The notes below the pieces were generated by a model. That model was not told the origin of the DNA and ran no database searches. It saw only the letters and a program-made list of their open reading frames with translations. This document shows, piece by piece, positions 33,654 to 42,969 of a stretch of 64,000 bases of DNA. Location of the stretch: positions 32,001-96,000 of the IMG/VR virus record IMGVR_UViG_3300031111_000001. One strand, 5' to 3'. The stretch comes from a virus. A program made the position numbers and the translations under genes. How positions within the stretch are numbered: position 1 is the stretch's first letter; each line of letters starts with the position of its first letter.

Positions 33654-36600
33654 CTATTTCTTGAGGTTGAAGATTTTTTTCAGAATCTCCAAAGTTTCCA
33701 TGTATTTCTCGTTGGGGCCAGCGTTGAACTTGGCGTTCTGCGGCGAGTAGGTGAACAGCACGTAGCAATCCAACTCCTCGTTGAAGATGCACCTGTTCGC
33801 CATATCCCCAATCTTCGCGGAATCCGCGCCCAGAACCTTTTGGAACTGTGCGGAAGAACACACGATCAGCTTGGGCTGGACGGCTTTGATTTCGGCCTTC
33901 AAGAAGACCTCTGGGCACCTCTCGCAACACTCCTTCGGGGCGTTGTTGATCAGCCCGAAGTTGCACTTGAGCGGGGAGGTGTAGTAGACCTTCGTGGTCT
34001 TGATTCCGATGTAGTCGAGGCACTCCAGCAACCACCTCGTCACCTTGGACGAGAAGTGGGCCGTCTCATGCTGGGTGGGGTTGTTGATCCACATGATGGC
34101 CGGTTTGTAGGCTGTCACGGGCATCAAGGGTGTCAGTTGGGAGTGCTGGGCAGCGCAGTTTGTGATCCCGTCCACAATCCCCTGGATCATCCCCTTGTCC
34201 ACCGGGGGACGCTTTTCGTTGATCTCAAACTGCGGAAGCGTCTCAAAAAGCGAGAGCAGCTTCTTCAGGTTCAAGATGCGCCGGTCGTCGTCGATCTCGT
34301 ACTCACCCAGGCTGTGGAAGGCGTCGGCCATAAAAAGGGCCTCACGGACGCGCTTGTTGCACTGCCGCTTGGTGATGCGATCCTCAAAATCCTTCGTGCT
34401 GAGAAAAACACCACCCTTGTCACGGACTTCTATGATGTGTTCCACGGCCTTGGTGCCCACACCCTTGATGCAAGACAAGGGGGCGATGATCTCGCCATTG
34501 TCGATAATGTAGTCATCGCCAGCGGATCGGTTGATGTCAGGGAACTGCACGGGAATCCCCATGCGCTTGCATTCCTTAATGTAAACCGGCAAGTTGTCCC
34601 TTTTGGTCGTTTTGGACAATAGAGCGCACATGTACTCCACCGGATAGTGGAGCTTCAGATACATGCTCCACGCGCTCAGATGTGTGTAGCAACAGGCGTG
34701 CGACTTGTTGAAGGAATAGTTGGCAAAGGACACCATCTTACCGAAAGTATCCTCGGCAACCTCTTTGTTGATCCCGTTGGAAACGCAGCCGGTGACAAAG
34801 TGTTCCTTGTGCTTGTTGAACTCGTCCGCACCCAGCTTTTTGCCCACGATCTTGCGCATCTTGTCGGCTTCGGCGAAGGTGAATCCGCCCATATCAACGA
34901 AGATTCGCATCATCTGCTCCTGATAAATCAGGACGCCCTTGGTGGGCTTCAGGATGGCCTCGATCTCCGCGCAGGAATATGTCTCGTAATCGTCCCCACG
35001 GGCGATCCGGGCATACCGCTCAGTCTCACCAGACTCCAAAGAGCCGGGCCGGTTCAGTGCGGTTATGTCAGTGACCTCGTTGAAGTTCTGCGCGTTGATG
35101 GCCTTGAGCCACCGCCTGGACGAATCGGACTCAAACTGGAAGATGCCGATGGAATCTCCCTCGGAGAATGCCTTCATGACCTTCTCGTCGTTCAGGGGCA
35201 GCTTGGTGAACTCGATGTCCACCCCGTGGCCGTCCTTGATCAGCTTCGCGGTATGGTTCAGCACAGAGAGCGTACCCAGTCCCAAAAGGTCCATCTTGAT
35301 CAACCCAAAGGGCTTCTCACACGTTCTCTTGTCCCAGCAGATGGCCTCCGTATCCTCCTTGTGAACGATGGCCGCACAGTCGATCAGAGGCCGCTTGGCG
35401 ACGATCAGACCAGCCGCATGCACGCCCATCTGGCGAATCCTGCCATTCAGCTTCAGGGCCTGTTCCACGATGATCGGGTAGTCCTGTTTGAACTGGATCA
35501 GTTCAGGGATGTGGTCGAACGCTTCGGCGTCCGTGTAGGTGCCCACAACCTTGCCGGAATCGTCCTTGAGAGTGCCTGCTTCGATCAGCTTGGACAGCTT
35601 GTTGACCTTGTCCAGCGGAATGCCAGACAGCCTGGACACGTCTCGGAAAGCCGACTTCGCCTTCAGGTAGGAGAACGTCGAGATCGAAGCCGTCTTGTCG
35701 TGACCGTACTTGCCGCGCACGTACTCAAACACCTCGGCCCGCCGATCATCTTGGAAGTCGATGTCGATGTCGGGGTAGTCGATGCGCTCCGGGTTCAGGA
35801 ACCGCTCAAAGTACAGTTCGAATTCCAGCGGATCGACTTGCGTGATGTCGAGCAGATAGCAGACCAGAGAGCCGCAGGACGAACCACGGGCGGGGCCAAC
35901 CATGATCCCTTGTTCGCGGGACCAGCGGATCACATCCTCCACAACGAGGAAGTACGTGGTGAAGTCTTTGCCCTTGATGACCTCGATCTCGTAGAGCAGC
36001 CTCTTCTGGTACTCGGCGTGGCGTTCGGCGGGAATCACCCCGGCGATCTTGCGTCTCCACCCCTCCATCAGCTTCTGGCCGAAGATTTTCTCGTCGGCTT
36101 CCACGTAGGGACTGGGCAGTTCGATGGGGAAGTCGGGCATTTCCACGGCCCAGCACTTCTGGGCGACCTCCACGGTATTCTTCATGGCAGTCATCCAGAC
36201 CTCGTCGGGCATGTAGCCCAAGGCCCGGAAGTCAGCCGCCATTTCGGCGATGGACTTCATGTAGAAGGTGGTGCCCATGCGCCACCGCTTGGGATCGTTG
36301 ATGCTCCGATTGGACTGGATCGCCAGTAGAATATCGTGCGTCTGGGCGTCCTCGGCGCGGGCATAGTGGGCGTCGTTGGTGGCGACCAGCTTGGTGCCAT
36401 ACTGCTGCGAAAGGGCCATGGCCCGCTCGTTGACGATCCGCTGAAGGTCACCACGGCCCCCACGGTCATCGATGATGACGTGGGGCATGACTTCCATGTA
36501 GAGGTCTTCGCCATACGCCTGATGGAGCATGGCGAAGATGTCCATGAAGTCGTCGCGGATCAGCGGGCCGATGCAGCATGCCGTGGTGACCACGCAGTCC

Positions 36601-36962
36601 TTGAAGTGCTTGATCTGATCAATGGTCAGGCGGGGCCGGTAGTAAAACTGCCGGTTCGCGATGGTCAGATGCTTCATGATGGACTGAACACCGCTCCAGT
36701 TCTTCGCGAGAACATTCAGGTGGATGCGCTTCTCGCCCTTCTGGCCCTCTTTCGTTTCGGCGCAATAGAACTCGCAGCCGATGATGGGCTTCATGCCACG
36801 CGCCCTGGCCTTGCTGTAGAACTCGGGCAGACCAGAAATACAGGCATGATCCGTCATGGCGACGGTGTTCACGCCCAACTCCTGTGCCCTGTCCAGCATC
36901 TCGTCGATCTTCATCAAGCCGTCGAGGGCGCTGTATTCTGTGTGATTGTGTAAATGGATCAT
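33654..36962 (-). CDS. dnaE: DNA polymerase III alpha subunit with C-terminal UDG-like domain
   Basis: PHP HLHNHTEYSALDG, TNDAHY, GPARGS, FERFLNPER, PDIDIDF, KMDLLGL, YQEQ, YSFNKSHA; last ~170 aa resemble family-4 UDG. Confidence 0.95.
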   Translation of the reverse strand: MIHLHNHTEYSALDGLMKIDEMLDRAQELGVNTVAMTDHACISGLPEFYSKARARGMKPIIGCEFYCAETKEGQKGEKRIHLNVLAKNWSGVQSIMKHLTIANRQFYYRPRLTIDQIKHFKDCVVTTACCIGPLIRDDFMDIFAMLHQAYGEDLYMEVMPHVIIDDRGGRGDLQRIVNERAMALSQQYGTKLVATNDAHYARAEDAQTHDILLAIQSNRSINDPKRWRMGTTFYMKSIAEMAADFRALGYMPDEVWMTAMKNTVEVAQKCWAVEMPDFPIELPSPYVEADEKIFGQKLMEGWRRKIAGVIPAERHAEYQKRLLYEIEVIKGKDFTTYFLVVEDVIRWSREQGIMVGPARGSSCGSLVCYLLDITQVDPLEFELYFERFLNPERIDYPDIDIDFQDDRRAEVFEYVRGKYGHDKTASISTFSYLKAKSAFRDVSRLSGIPLDKVNKLSKLIEAGTLKDDSGKVVGTYTDAEAFDHIPELIQFKQDYPIIVEQALKLNGRIRQMGVHAAGLIVAKRPLIDCAAIVHKEDTEAICWDKRTCEKPFGLIKMDLLGLGTLSVLNHTAKLIKDGHGVDIEFTKLPLNDEKVMKAFSEGDSIGIFQFESDSSRRWLKAINAQNFNEVTDITALNRPGSLESGETERYARIARGDDYETYSCAEIEAILKPTKGVLIYQEQMMRIFVDMGGFTFAEADKMRKIVGKKLGADEFNKHKEHFVTGCVSNGINKEVAEDTFGKMVSFANYSFNKSHACCYTHLSAWSMYLKLHYPVEYMCALLSKTTKRDNLPVYIKECKRMGIPVQFPDINRSAGDDYIIDNGEIIAPLSCIKGVGTKAVEHIIEVRDKGGVFLSTKDFEDRITKRQCNKRVREALFMADAFHSLGEYEIDDDRRILNLKKLLSLFETLPQFEINEKRPPVDKGMIQGIVDGITNCAAQHSQLTPLMPVTAYKPAIMWINNPTQHETAHFSSKVTRWLLECLDYIGIKTTKVYYTSPLKCNFGLINNAPKECCERCPEVFLKAEIKAVQPKLIVCSSAQFQKVLGADSAKIGDMANRCIFNEELDCYVLFTYSPQNAKFNAGPNEKYMETLEILKKIFNLKK

Positions 36963-36995
36963 ATACTTGTTGTCCTTCAGGGACGCGCTTGGAAG

Positions 36996-37418
36996 CTACT
37001 CAAACAGCAAGTAGTCGTTCTGCCGAAGCAGTTCTTCAAACTTGTCGAGTAGGTCTTCGACGTGTCTTTCAGCTTGGCGAATGCCGGTTATTTGTTCAGA
37101 GGGGACGTTCTTGTTGAACAGCCGCGCAGCATGGTTTTTGAGTCCCTGTGCGGCGGCGATAATGATTTTTTGTTCGTTCTGAGTGAACGTGCGAAGCATC
37201 CGCTCAATATCCATGATGGCGATCAGAGGCTCCTCAAAAGAGGGGCAGGCGAGGCACATGCAGACGCCTTGCGCGTCAAACACGCTTGTCTCGCCCCAGC
37301 GAAAACGACCACCACGGATGGCGTCACGTTCATCGAAATAGAACTTGATGCAACTTTCGGCACTAGAGAAGCGGATTTCTTCGATAACGAAAGTGTTAAA
37401 TGCCTGTTCTTGCGACAT
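36996..37418 (-). CDS. Hypothetical protein
   Basis: Coupled downstream of helicase. Confidence 0.65.
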   Translation of the reverse strand: MSQEQAFNTFVIEEIRFSSAESCIKFYFDERDAIRGGRFRWGETSVFDAQGVCMCLACPSFEEPLIAIMDIERMLRTFTQNEQKIIIAAAQGLKNHAARLFNKNVPSEQITGIRQAERHVEDLLDKFEELLRQNDYLLFE

Positions 37419-37419
37419 G

Positions 37420-38826
37420 CTATATGATCCTAAAACCCTCCTCTTGTTGAACGAGTCTGTACCTACGCATAGAATGCTCTTCTAACTTGTGATGAAACCT
37501 GTCGATGAAATCGATTATGACGCAGTAGTTCTGTTCCTCCTTTGGCCGCATGGCGCGACCTGTCCGTTGGAAAAGCGCTGGTGCAGATTTGGTCCCTCCA
37601 GCCAGCACGACTGCCCCAATACAATCTGTGTCTACACCTTCGTCAAAGATGTTGGTGCAGATGATACAGTCCCTTTTGCCACTCGCTAAAGCAGCAATTG
37701 CTTCTTCTCGCTCACCTGTGTTGTCTTCTCCATCGACATATTGAGCATTCACTCCTGCGTCTGTGAACATTTCCAGCAGTGTCCTGCCGTGTTCTTTTTC
37801 GACGACGATCACAAGAGCTTTTTTGCCCATTCCAATGAGCGTTTTTGTTTGGTCAATGATCACGCGGTTGCGGTATGCATTCCCGATGATGCCCTGCTCG
37901 TAAATGTCTCTCCAGTTGCGCAGTCGCTTCAGGCTTTTCGGCTCGTCAATGTAGTAGAATTTGAATAGCGGACGGGCGAGATACCCACGCTCGATCAATT
38001 CTGTGGCCGTGACCTTCGCGATGATGGGGCCAGTAATGCCCTCCAGCATCAGGTTGGCTTCCTGATCATCATGCATGAACGGCGTAGCCGTGAGGCCAAA
38101 GCGGAAGTGCGCATTGTGGCATGCGTTGGCGGCACGCCAAAAGTAGGACGCACCAGCCCGGTGCGCCTCGTCGATGAAGAGGCATTGATACTTGGCAAGC
38201 TCGTCGTTGATCTGCCTTGCCTTTTTTGGGTTTTTGCCCATTCGCTGGATGGTTTGAACCATTGCGAAAGTGATCTTGCCCGGCTCATAAACACCGTCGC
38301 CAATCAGACCAAACTGGTCGGCGAACTCCGGTAGCCGGGAAAGATACCTGCGATGCGACTGGCGCATCAGGTTGACCCTGTGCGTCAAAAAGATCGTGGG
38401 CACCCCTAGAGCCTTTGTAGCGGCTGCGGAAACCTCCGTCTTCCCCGATCCAGTAGCAAGATGAACGATCCCTCGCTTCTGTTCCAGCATGTCTTGCAGG
38501 GTTTTCTCTTGATAATCCCGCAAGGTGGTGCCGTGCAGCGTATGGTCGCCAAGCCGTCCAACCGGGTTATTGCGCTCGTCTGCGATCTCGTACTGGACAT
38601 TCGCAGCATGGAGCGCGGCCACAACTCTGGGAGTAAAGCCAGTAAGGAAGTGGAAATTCTGGGTGTTGTAGTAGGATTGGATGCCGTCCCATTGGATACC
38701 TCGCTTCCGGGCTATGTGTTCGGCTCCCTTCACTTTGTACGACAGTGTCTCGTACAAAATCTTCTGGGCTTCCCAGTCTTCCCCCACAACCCGCGTGAAA
38801 ATGTCTCCGACTACGAGTCGAATCAT
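37420..38826 (-). CDS. SF2 DEAH-box helicase (UvsW-like)
   Basis: LRDYQ, ATGSGKT, IDEAH, GLTATP, EGVD, QRTGRAMR. Confidence 0.92.
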   Translation of the reverse strand: MIRLVVGDIFTRVVGEDWEAQKILYETLSYKVKGAEHIARKRGIQWDGIQSYYNTQNFHFLTGFTPRVVAALHAANVQYEIADERNNPVGRLGDHTLHGTTLRDYQEKTLQDMLEQKRGIVHLATGSGKTEVSAAATKALGVPTIFLTHRVNLMRQSHRRYLSRLPEFADQFGLIGDGVYEPGKITFAMVQTIQRMGKNPKKARQINDELAKYQCLFIDEAHRAGASYFWRAANACHNAHFRFGLTATPFMHDDQEANLMLEGITGPIIAKVTATELIERGYLARPLFKFYYIDEPKSLKRLRNWRDIYEQGIIGNAYRNRVIIDQTKTLIGMGKKALVIVVEKEHGRTLLEMFTDAGVNAQYVDGEDNTGEREEAIAALASGKRDCIICTNIFDEGVDTDCIGAVVLAGGTKSAPALFQRTGRAMRPKEEQNYCVIIDFIDRFHHKLEEHSMRRYRLVQQEEGFRII

Positions 38827-38887
38827 TCTGGGGTGGACCTCCTCGTCCTGCGACGAGCGAGATTCAGCGGCGGGTGCTGTCGTAGAG

Positions 38888-38917
38888 TTAGTCGGTCTGG
38901 GCTACGTGTCTGGATGA
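38888..38917 (-). promoter_or_regulatory. Phage-type promoter motif (leftward)
   Basis: TCATCC-AGACACG..-CGACTAA with 17-nt spacer. Confidence 0.75.
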
Positions 38918-39110
38918 ATTTTTTTTCTGGCTATCAACGCGCATGCGCGATCTTACAGTCTTATATAAATATATATTATATATATAATTATTAAGAATAT
39001 AAGAACTCTTAGTCTCTGTTCAAAACTGCTTCGCAGTTTTTCGCGACGAGACTAAACGTGCGCTGGGGCGCTCGATTTTTGGCCGCGCAAAAACTTTTTT
39101 CGAGAAATTT
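38918..39110. other. Putative replication origin / DNA unwinding element
   Basis: 34-nt pure A/T run (38961-38994) in a GC-rich genome, at the strand switch between two helicase operons. Confidence 0.6.
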
Positions 39111-39140
39111 TCATCCAGACACGGGACTCGCTTCGTCCAA
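39111..39140 (+). promoter_or_regulatory. Phage-type promoter motif (rightward)
   Basis: TCATCC-AGACACG..-CGTCCAA with 17-nt spacer. Confidence 0.72.
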
Positions 39141-39169
39141 TCAGACGAACACACCAGCAAGGAGCGAGT

Positions 39170-39802
39170 ATGGATGAACGCATGCTGTACGAGAAAAAGT
39201 GGCATGATTATAGACTTTTATCACCAGAGGGCGCGAACTTCGTGTTTTTACAGGAGTTTATCGCAGCCTACAGGGCCTACTCCGAGATTCGAAGGGGCAC
39301 CAGCTACATCAACCCCCTGAGTTACAAGCGAAAAAAGAAAGACCCAGAGACAGGAAAGCCGAAAACCACCAGCGTTTCTGTGCCGGTGGCAGAGGCCCCG
39401 TACCGCTGGCCGAGTTGGAAGGTGTTGGTCGAGCTTCGCCAGTGGGCCGACAGCCGGGGCATGAAGTACGACAACTTCTGGGCCTGGGCGTTCAAGGCGA
39501 CCATCGAGTGCCGCCACAGGTTTTTTGCCATCAACTACTGCAAAAGCAAGTGCGTACTGGGTAAAATTGCGGAATACGCCAAAGAATCCAAACTGATCCC
39601 TCTGTCGAAGCTGCCTCTCTTCAAACCCGAGAACTACCGGGGCTTTGAGGCACAGAACGACTATTATTGGTACATCGTGTCCAGCGTGCGCGAGAAATAT
39701 CTTGGCGAATACGTCGAGAAGCTCCGTACCGCAGCAGAAGATGGCCTGATCAGTTGGGATTTCTTGCAAACCTTTACCAAGGAGTTCAAGGAAAAAGTAT
39801 GA
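39170..39802 (+). CDS. Hypothetical basic protein (candidate initiator/helicase loader)
   Basis: First gene after putative origin, ATGA-coupled to DnaB; AGGAG RBS. Confidence 0.65.
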   Translation: MDERMLYEKKWHDYRLLSPEGANFVFLQEFIAAYRAYSEIRRGTSYINPLSYKRKKKDPETGKPKTTSVSVPVAEAPYRWPSWKVLVELRQWADSRGMKYDNFWAWAFKATIECRHRFFAINYCKSKCVLGKIAEYAKESKLIPLSKLPLFKPENYRGFEAQNDYYWYIVSSVREKYLGEYVEKLRTAAEDGLISWDFLQTFTKEFKEKV

Positions 39803-41106
39803 ATCAGCAGTTTGAGGAGAAGGTGTTGGCCTGTTTCTTGCGCTTGAAGGAGTTCACGGCCATCACCGCACCGTTCCTGCAACCATCACTCTTCACCGAT
39901 ACGGTATTTCACAATCTCTACAAAATTGCTCACAACTTCTGGACGCTTTACGACGCCCAGCTTACAGAAGCTGGATTTTCCAAGGCGATGTCCAATCTTT
40001 TGGAAAGAAAGGTCATCGATAAGACGGAAGTCGGGGCCTACGTCGCCCGGTACAAACGTCTGCTCCAGGCTGATGTGAGTGACCACAAGTTCGTTATGGA
40101 CGAATTGACGAACTTCGTGCGGCACCAGCGCACCAAGGCTCTGATTGAGAAGACCGTCAAGGAGTACCTGCCAAAGGGCAGGATCGACAACTTTCTTGCG
40201 GACGCCGAGGGCATTCGGGCAATCAGCGGCATTGGCCGTGTAGACGACGTGAGCTATTGGGCTGAAGAGCGGATCAAGCAGAGGTTTGAGAGGCGTGAGA
40301 GGGAAAAGATCGAGTGCATCCGTGGAATCACCACGGGCATCAAGCGGCTCGACGATGCCCTCCATAAGAGTGGCTGGTTGAAGCGAGAACTGTACGCAGT
40401 TCTTGGTGATTCCAAAGCCGGTAAGACACAGTTCCTGCTGTGGTGCGCGAATGCCGCAGCGTGGGCTGGATACCGCGTCGGGTACTGGACTTTTGAGACA
40501 TCCACGGAGGTGCTTGAAGACCGCCTGGATGCCTTGAACGTCAACGTCCCGATCAGAAATGTCACCTCTCAGAACAAGGCCATCATCGACAAGATGATGG
40601 CGAACAGACCCACCGGGAACATTCACTTCTTCGAATATCCCACGAAAACCTGTACCCCGGCGAACATTCGCAACGACCTGCATCGCATGGCCGTGGCCGG
40701 GACTCCCATTCAGTTCGGCATCTTCGACTACCTCGACATCTCTAAGTCCGAACGCAGGTATGACAGCAAGTGGGACGAGCAGGTTGCCGTTTTTGAGGAC
40801 ACTAGAGCAATTCTAGGCCGTCCTGAGAAAGGGGGTTTTGATATCCCCGGTCTGACCGGCATTCAGGTTGGTCAGAAAGGCAGTGGAAAACAGATCGTCA
40901 GTGCGTCAGACGGCGCAGGGGCTTATGAGAAAATTGCCGTGGTGGATGGCGCATTGACCATCAGCGGCACAGAAGAGGACCGCAGAAATAACGAATTGTA
41001 CATCAATTTGAGCCGGTTCCGTAACGCCCCGCCAATCACGCTAAAGATCAAAACCGATTATGAACGCGGACGCTTCTACAAAGAGTTCGTACAAACAGCA
41101 ATTTAG
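39799..41106 (+). CDS. dnaB: DnaB-like replicative helicase
   Basis: ITTGIKRLD, GDSKAGKT, TFET, FDYLD, SRFRN; start re-assigned to ATG 39799. Confidence 0.85.
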   Translation: MNQQFEEKVLACFLRLKEFTAITAPFLQPSLFTDTVFHNLYKIAHNFWTLYDAQLTEAGFSKAMSNLLERKVIDKTEVGAYVARYKRLLQADVSDHKFVMDELTNFVRHQRTKALIEKTVKEYLPKGRIDNFLADAEGIRAISGIGRVDDVSYWAEERIKQRFERREREKIECIRGITTGIKRLDDALHKSGWLKRELYAVLGDSKAGKTQFLLWCANAAAWAGYRVGYWTFETSTEVLEDRLDALNVNVPIRNVTSQNKAIIDKMMANRPTGNIHFFEYPTKTCTPANIRNDLHRMAVAGTPIQFGIFDYLDISKSERRYDSKWDEQVAVFEDTRAILGRPEKGGFDIPGLTGIQVGQKGSGKQIVSASDGAGAYEKIAVVDGALTISGTEEDRRNNELYINLSRFRNAPPITLKIKTDYERGRFYKEFVQTAI

Positions 41107-41109
41107 GGG

Positions 41110-41143
41110 TTGACAGAGTAGGAATTTTCGCTTACCTTCGCAA
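41110..41143 (+). promoter_or_regulatory. sigma70-like promoter overlapped by CCTTCGCAA box
   Basis: TTGACA-N17-TACCTT. Confidence 0.55.
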
Positions 41144-41239
41144 TCATTCAACGGCAACCACCTTTGGGCGGGGCCGTCTTCGTTTGGCCGAAGTGTAGCG
41201 ATTTTTAATTACCAGCGCAACCAAAACAAGGAGAAGCAT

Positions 41240-42646
41240 GTGAGTATTATCACCTTCAATTACAACGGAAATCGCATCCGGGGGATCGAGCAGGACCACA
41301 AGGTCGGATTTTCCATGCGTGACATCATCCGTGCCCATGGCCTGGACCTGAAGGCCGACGGTATGCGGATAGCAGCGGCTCTGAACCAGTGCCCCGATAA
41401 GGGCGGTTCTTTCACCATGTCTCGCTCCAATTGCCCGGAACTGTTCGACAACGTCGGCAGGCGCGGCGGTACGCAGCGCAAGATGTTGACCCTGGAGTCC
41501 ATGAATATCCTCGCCAAGGCCAAGACGCCCTACGGCAGGGCCATCAAAGCCATGCTCCCGTGGGCCGAGCGGTACTCCGTACTCACCCACGGCCAGCCCG
41601 TTTTCAAGACCGGCCCGACCACCACAGCCAAGAAGACCGGCAAGGCCGTGCCCTTCACGGCCAAGGGTGAGATCATCCCGGCCAACGCCGCCGATCTGGT
41701 CACCATCGTGGACGGCAAGCCCATGACCACCTCTCTGATCGTGGCCGAGAAGTTCGGGAAGGACCACAAGACTGTGCTGCGTAATGTGCAACTGTGCGAA
41801 TGTTCTGAGCAATTCGCCCAGCACAATTTTGTGCCCGGCTCATATTTGGATAAGAACAGCCAGTCCCGCAAGATGACCCTCATGACCCGCGACGGCTTCA
41901 CCTTCCTCGCCATGGGCTTCACCGGCAAGAAGGCTGCGAAGTTCAAGGAGGACTACATCGCCGCCTTCAACATGATGGAGCAGCGCCTCATGAGCCAGAC
42001 CACGGCCCCGGCCACCCTGGACATGACCACCATGATCCCTGCGCTCACCAATGCCATCGCCCCTGTGATTGCCAACACCATGGCCGACGCCATCGCCAAG
42101 CGTGAGGACAGCCTGGGCCGTCGCATGGACGAGATCAACCGGCTGAACCGCGAAGCCGCCCAAAACGATCTCGCCCGGCTGGGCAACCACTTCAGTGCGC
42201 TGGGCGTCAAGCTGGACCAGACCACGGCTGACCACGCGAACCTCAAACGGGAAATGACCTTGGCCCTTCAGACCATGGCCGAGCGCGAGAAGATTCGCCG
42301 GGCCACCGAGATCAAGCGGACCAATCGGCTCCGGTTCACCAACGCCGTGGTCGCCGCCGCCACCCGTGACGGGGCCAACCCGCAGGACTACTACAACAAG
42401 GTCTACGACACCATGGAGGCCCGTGGGTACATCAATCTCAGCGGCAGACCCCGCAAGATGCCCAAGGTGGAGTTCGTCGAAATGTGGGGCATGCTTCCCA
42501 AGGCGTTCGCCGTCATGGCCGAACTGCTCTACGGCGACGAGGCGTTCGACGTGCTGATCACCAATACCTACGACATGCCGCCGAACGCCCCCACGGCCCA
42601 GGCCACCACTCCCGGTGCCATCGCCAGCGGCACGCTGATCAACTAG
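41240..42646 (+). CDS. Rha-family/antirepressor-like regulator
   Basis: BRO-N-like start (FNYNGNRIR); Rha domain TTSLIVAEKFGKDHKTVLR...TRDGFTFLAMGFTGKKAAKFKEDYIAAFN. Confidence 0.88.
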   Translation: MSIITFNYNGNRIRGIEQDHKVGFSMRDIIRAHGLDLKADGMRIAAALNQCPDKGGSFTMSRSNCPELFDNVGRRGGTQRKMLTLESMNILAKAKTPYGRAIKAMLPWAERYSVLTHGQPVFKTGPTTTAKKTGKAVPFTAKGEIIPANAADLVTIVDGKPMTTSLIVAEKFGKDHKTVLRNVQLCECSEQFAQHNFVPGSYLDKNSQSRKMTLMTRDGFTFLAMGFTGKKAAKFKEDYIAAFNMMEQRLMSQTTAPATLDMTTMIPALTNAIAPVIANTMADAIAKREDSLGRRMDEINRLNREAAQNDLARLGNHFSALGVKLDQTTADHANLKREMTLALQTMAEREKIRRATEIKRTNRLRFTNAVVAAATRDGANPQDYYNKVYDTMEARGYINLSGRPRKMPKVEFVEMWGMLPKAFAVMAELLYGDEAFDVLITNTYDMPPNAPTAQATTPGAIASGTLIN

Positions 42647-42735
42647 GGGCATTTTTGCGCCCAAAGCGGAGGTGGGTTCGCTCACCTCCGCAACCAAAAT
42701 CCTTCGCAACACAAACAATTAACAAGGAGAATTTT

Positions 42736-42969
42736 ATGGCCTCTTCCAGTGGCGGCATGGGCCTTTGCAGCGTCCTGCTTGTCGTCTTCATCGTCCTCAA
42801 ACTGGTCGGCGTGATCGCGTGGTCGTGGTGGCTGGTTCTGACCCCTCTGTGGGTTGGCATCGCCCTGTGGATCATCATCATCATTATCGCCCTCCTGTTC
42901 ACCAACAAGATCAAGAAGCACGGCAAGAGCCTCTTCGACGAGTTCGACAAGGCGGTGAGCCGTGGCTGA
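42736..42969 (+). CDS. Small phage membrane protein
   Basis: FIVLKLVGVIAWSWWLVLTPLW motif; AGGAG RBS. Confidence 0.8.
   Translation: MASSSGGMGLCSVLLVVFIVLKLVGVIAWSWWLVLTPLWVGIALWIIIIIIALLFTNKIKKHGKSLFDEFDKAVSRG

Noticed and set aside
12266-36329. Long antisense ORFs (e.g. 12266-13525, 19250-20536, 21961-23292, 34647-36329; also 44467-45996)
   Set aside because: Shadows of real genes caused by GC-rich third positions; the opposite strand carries the recognisable motifs.
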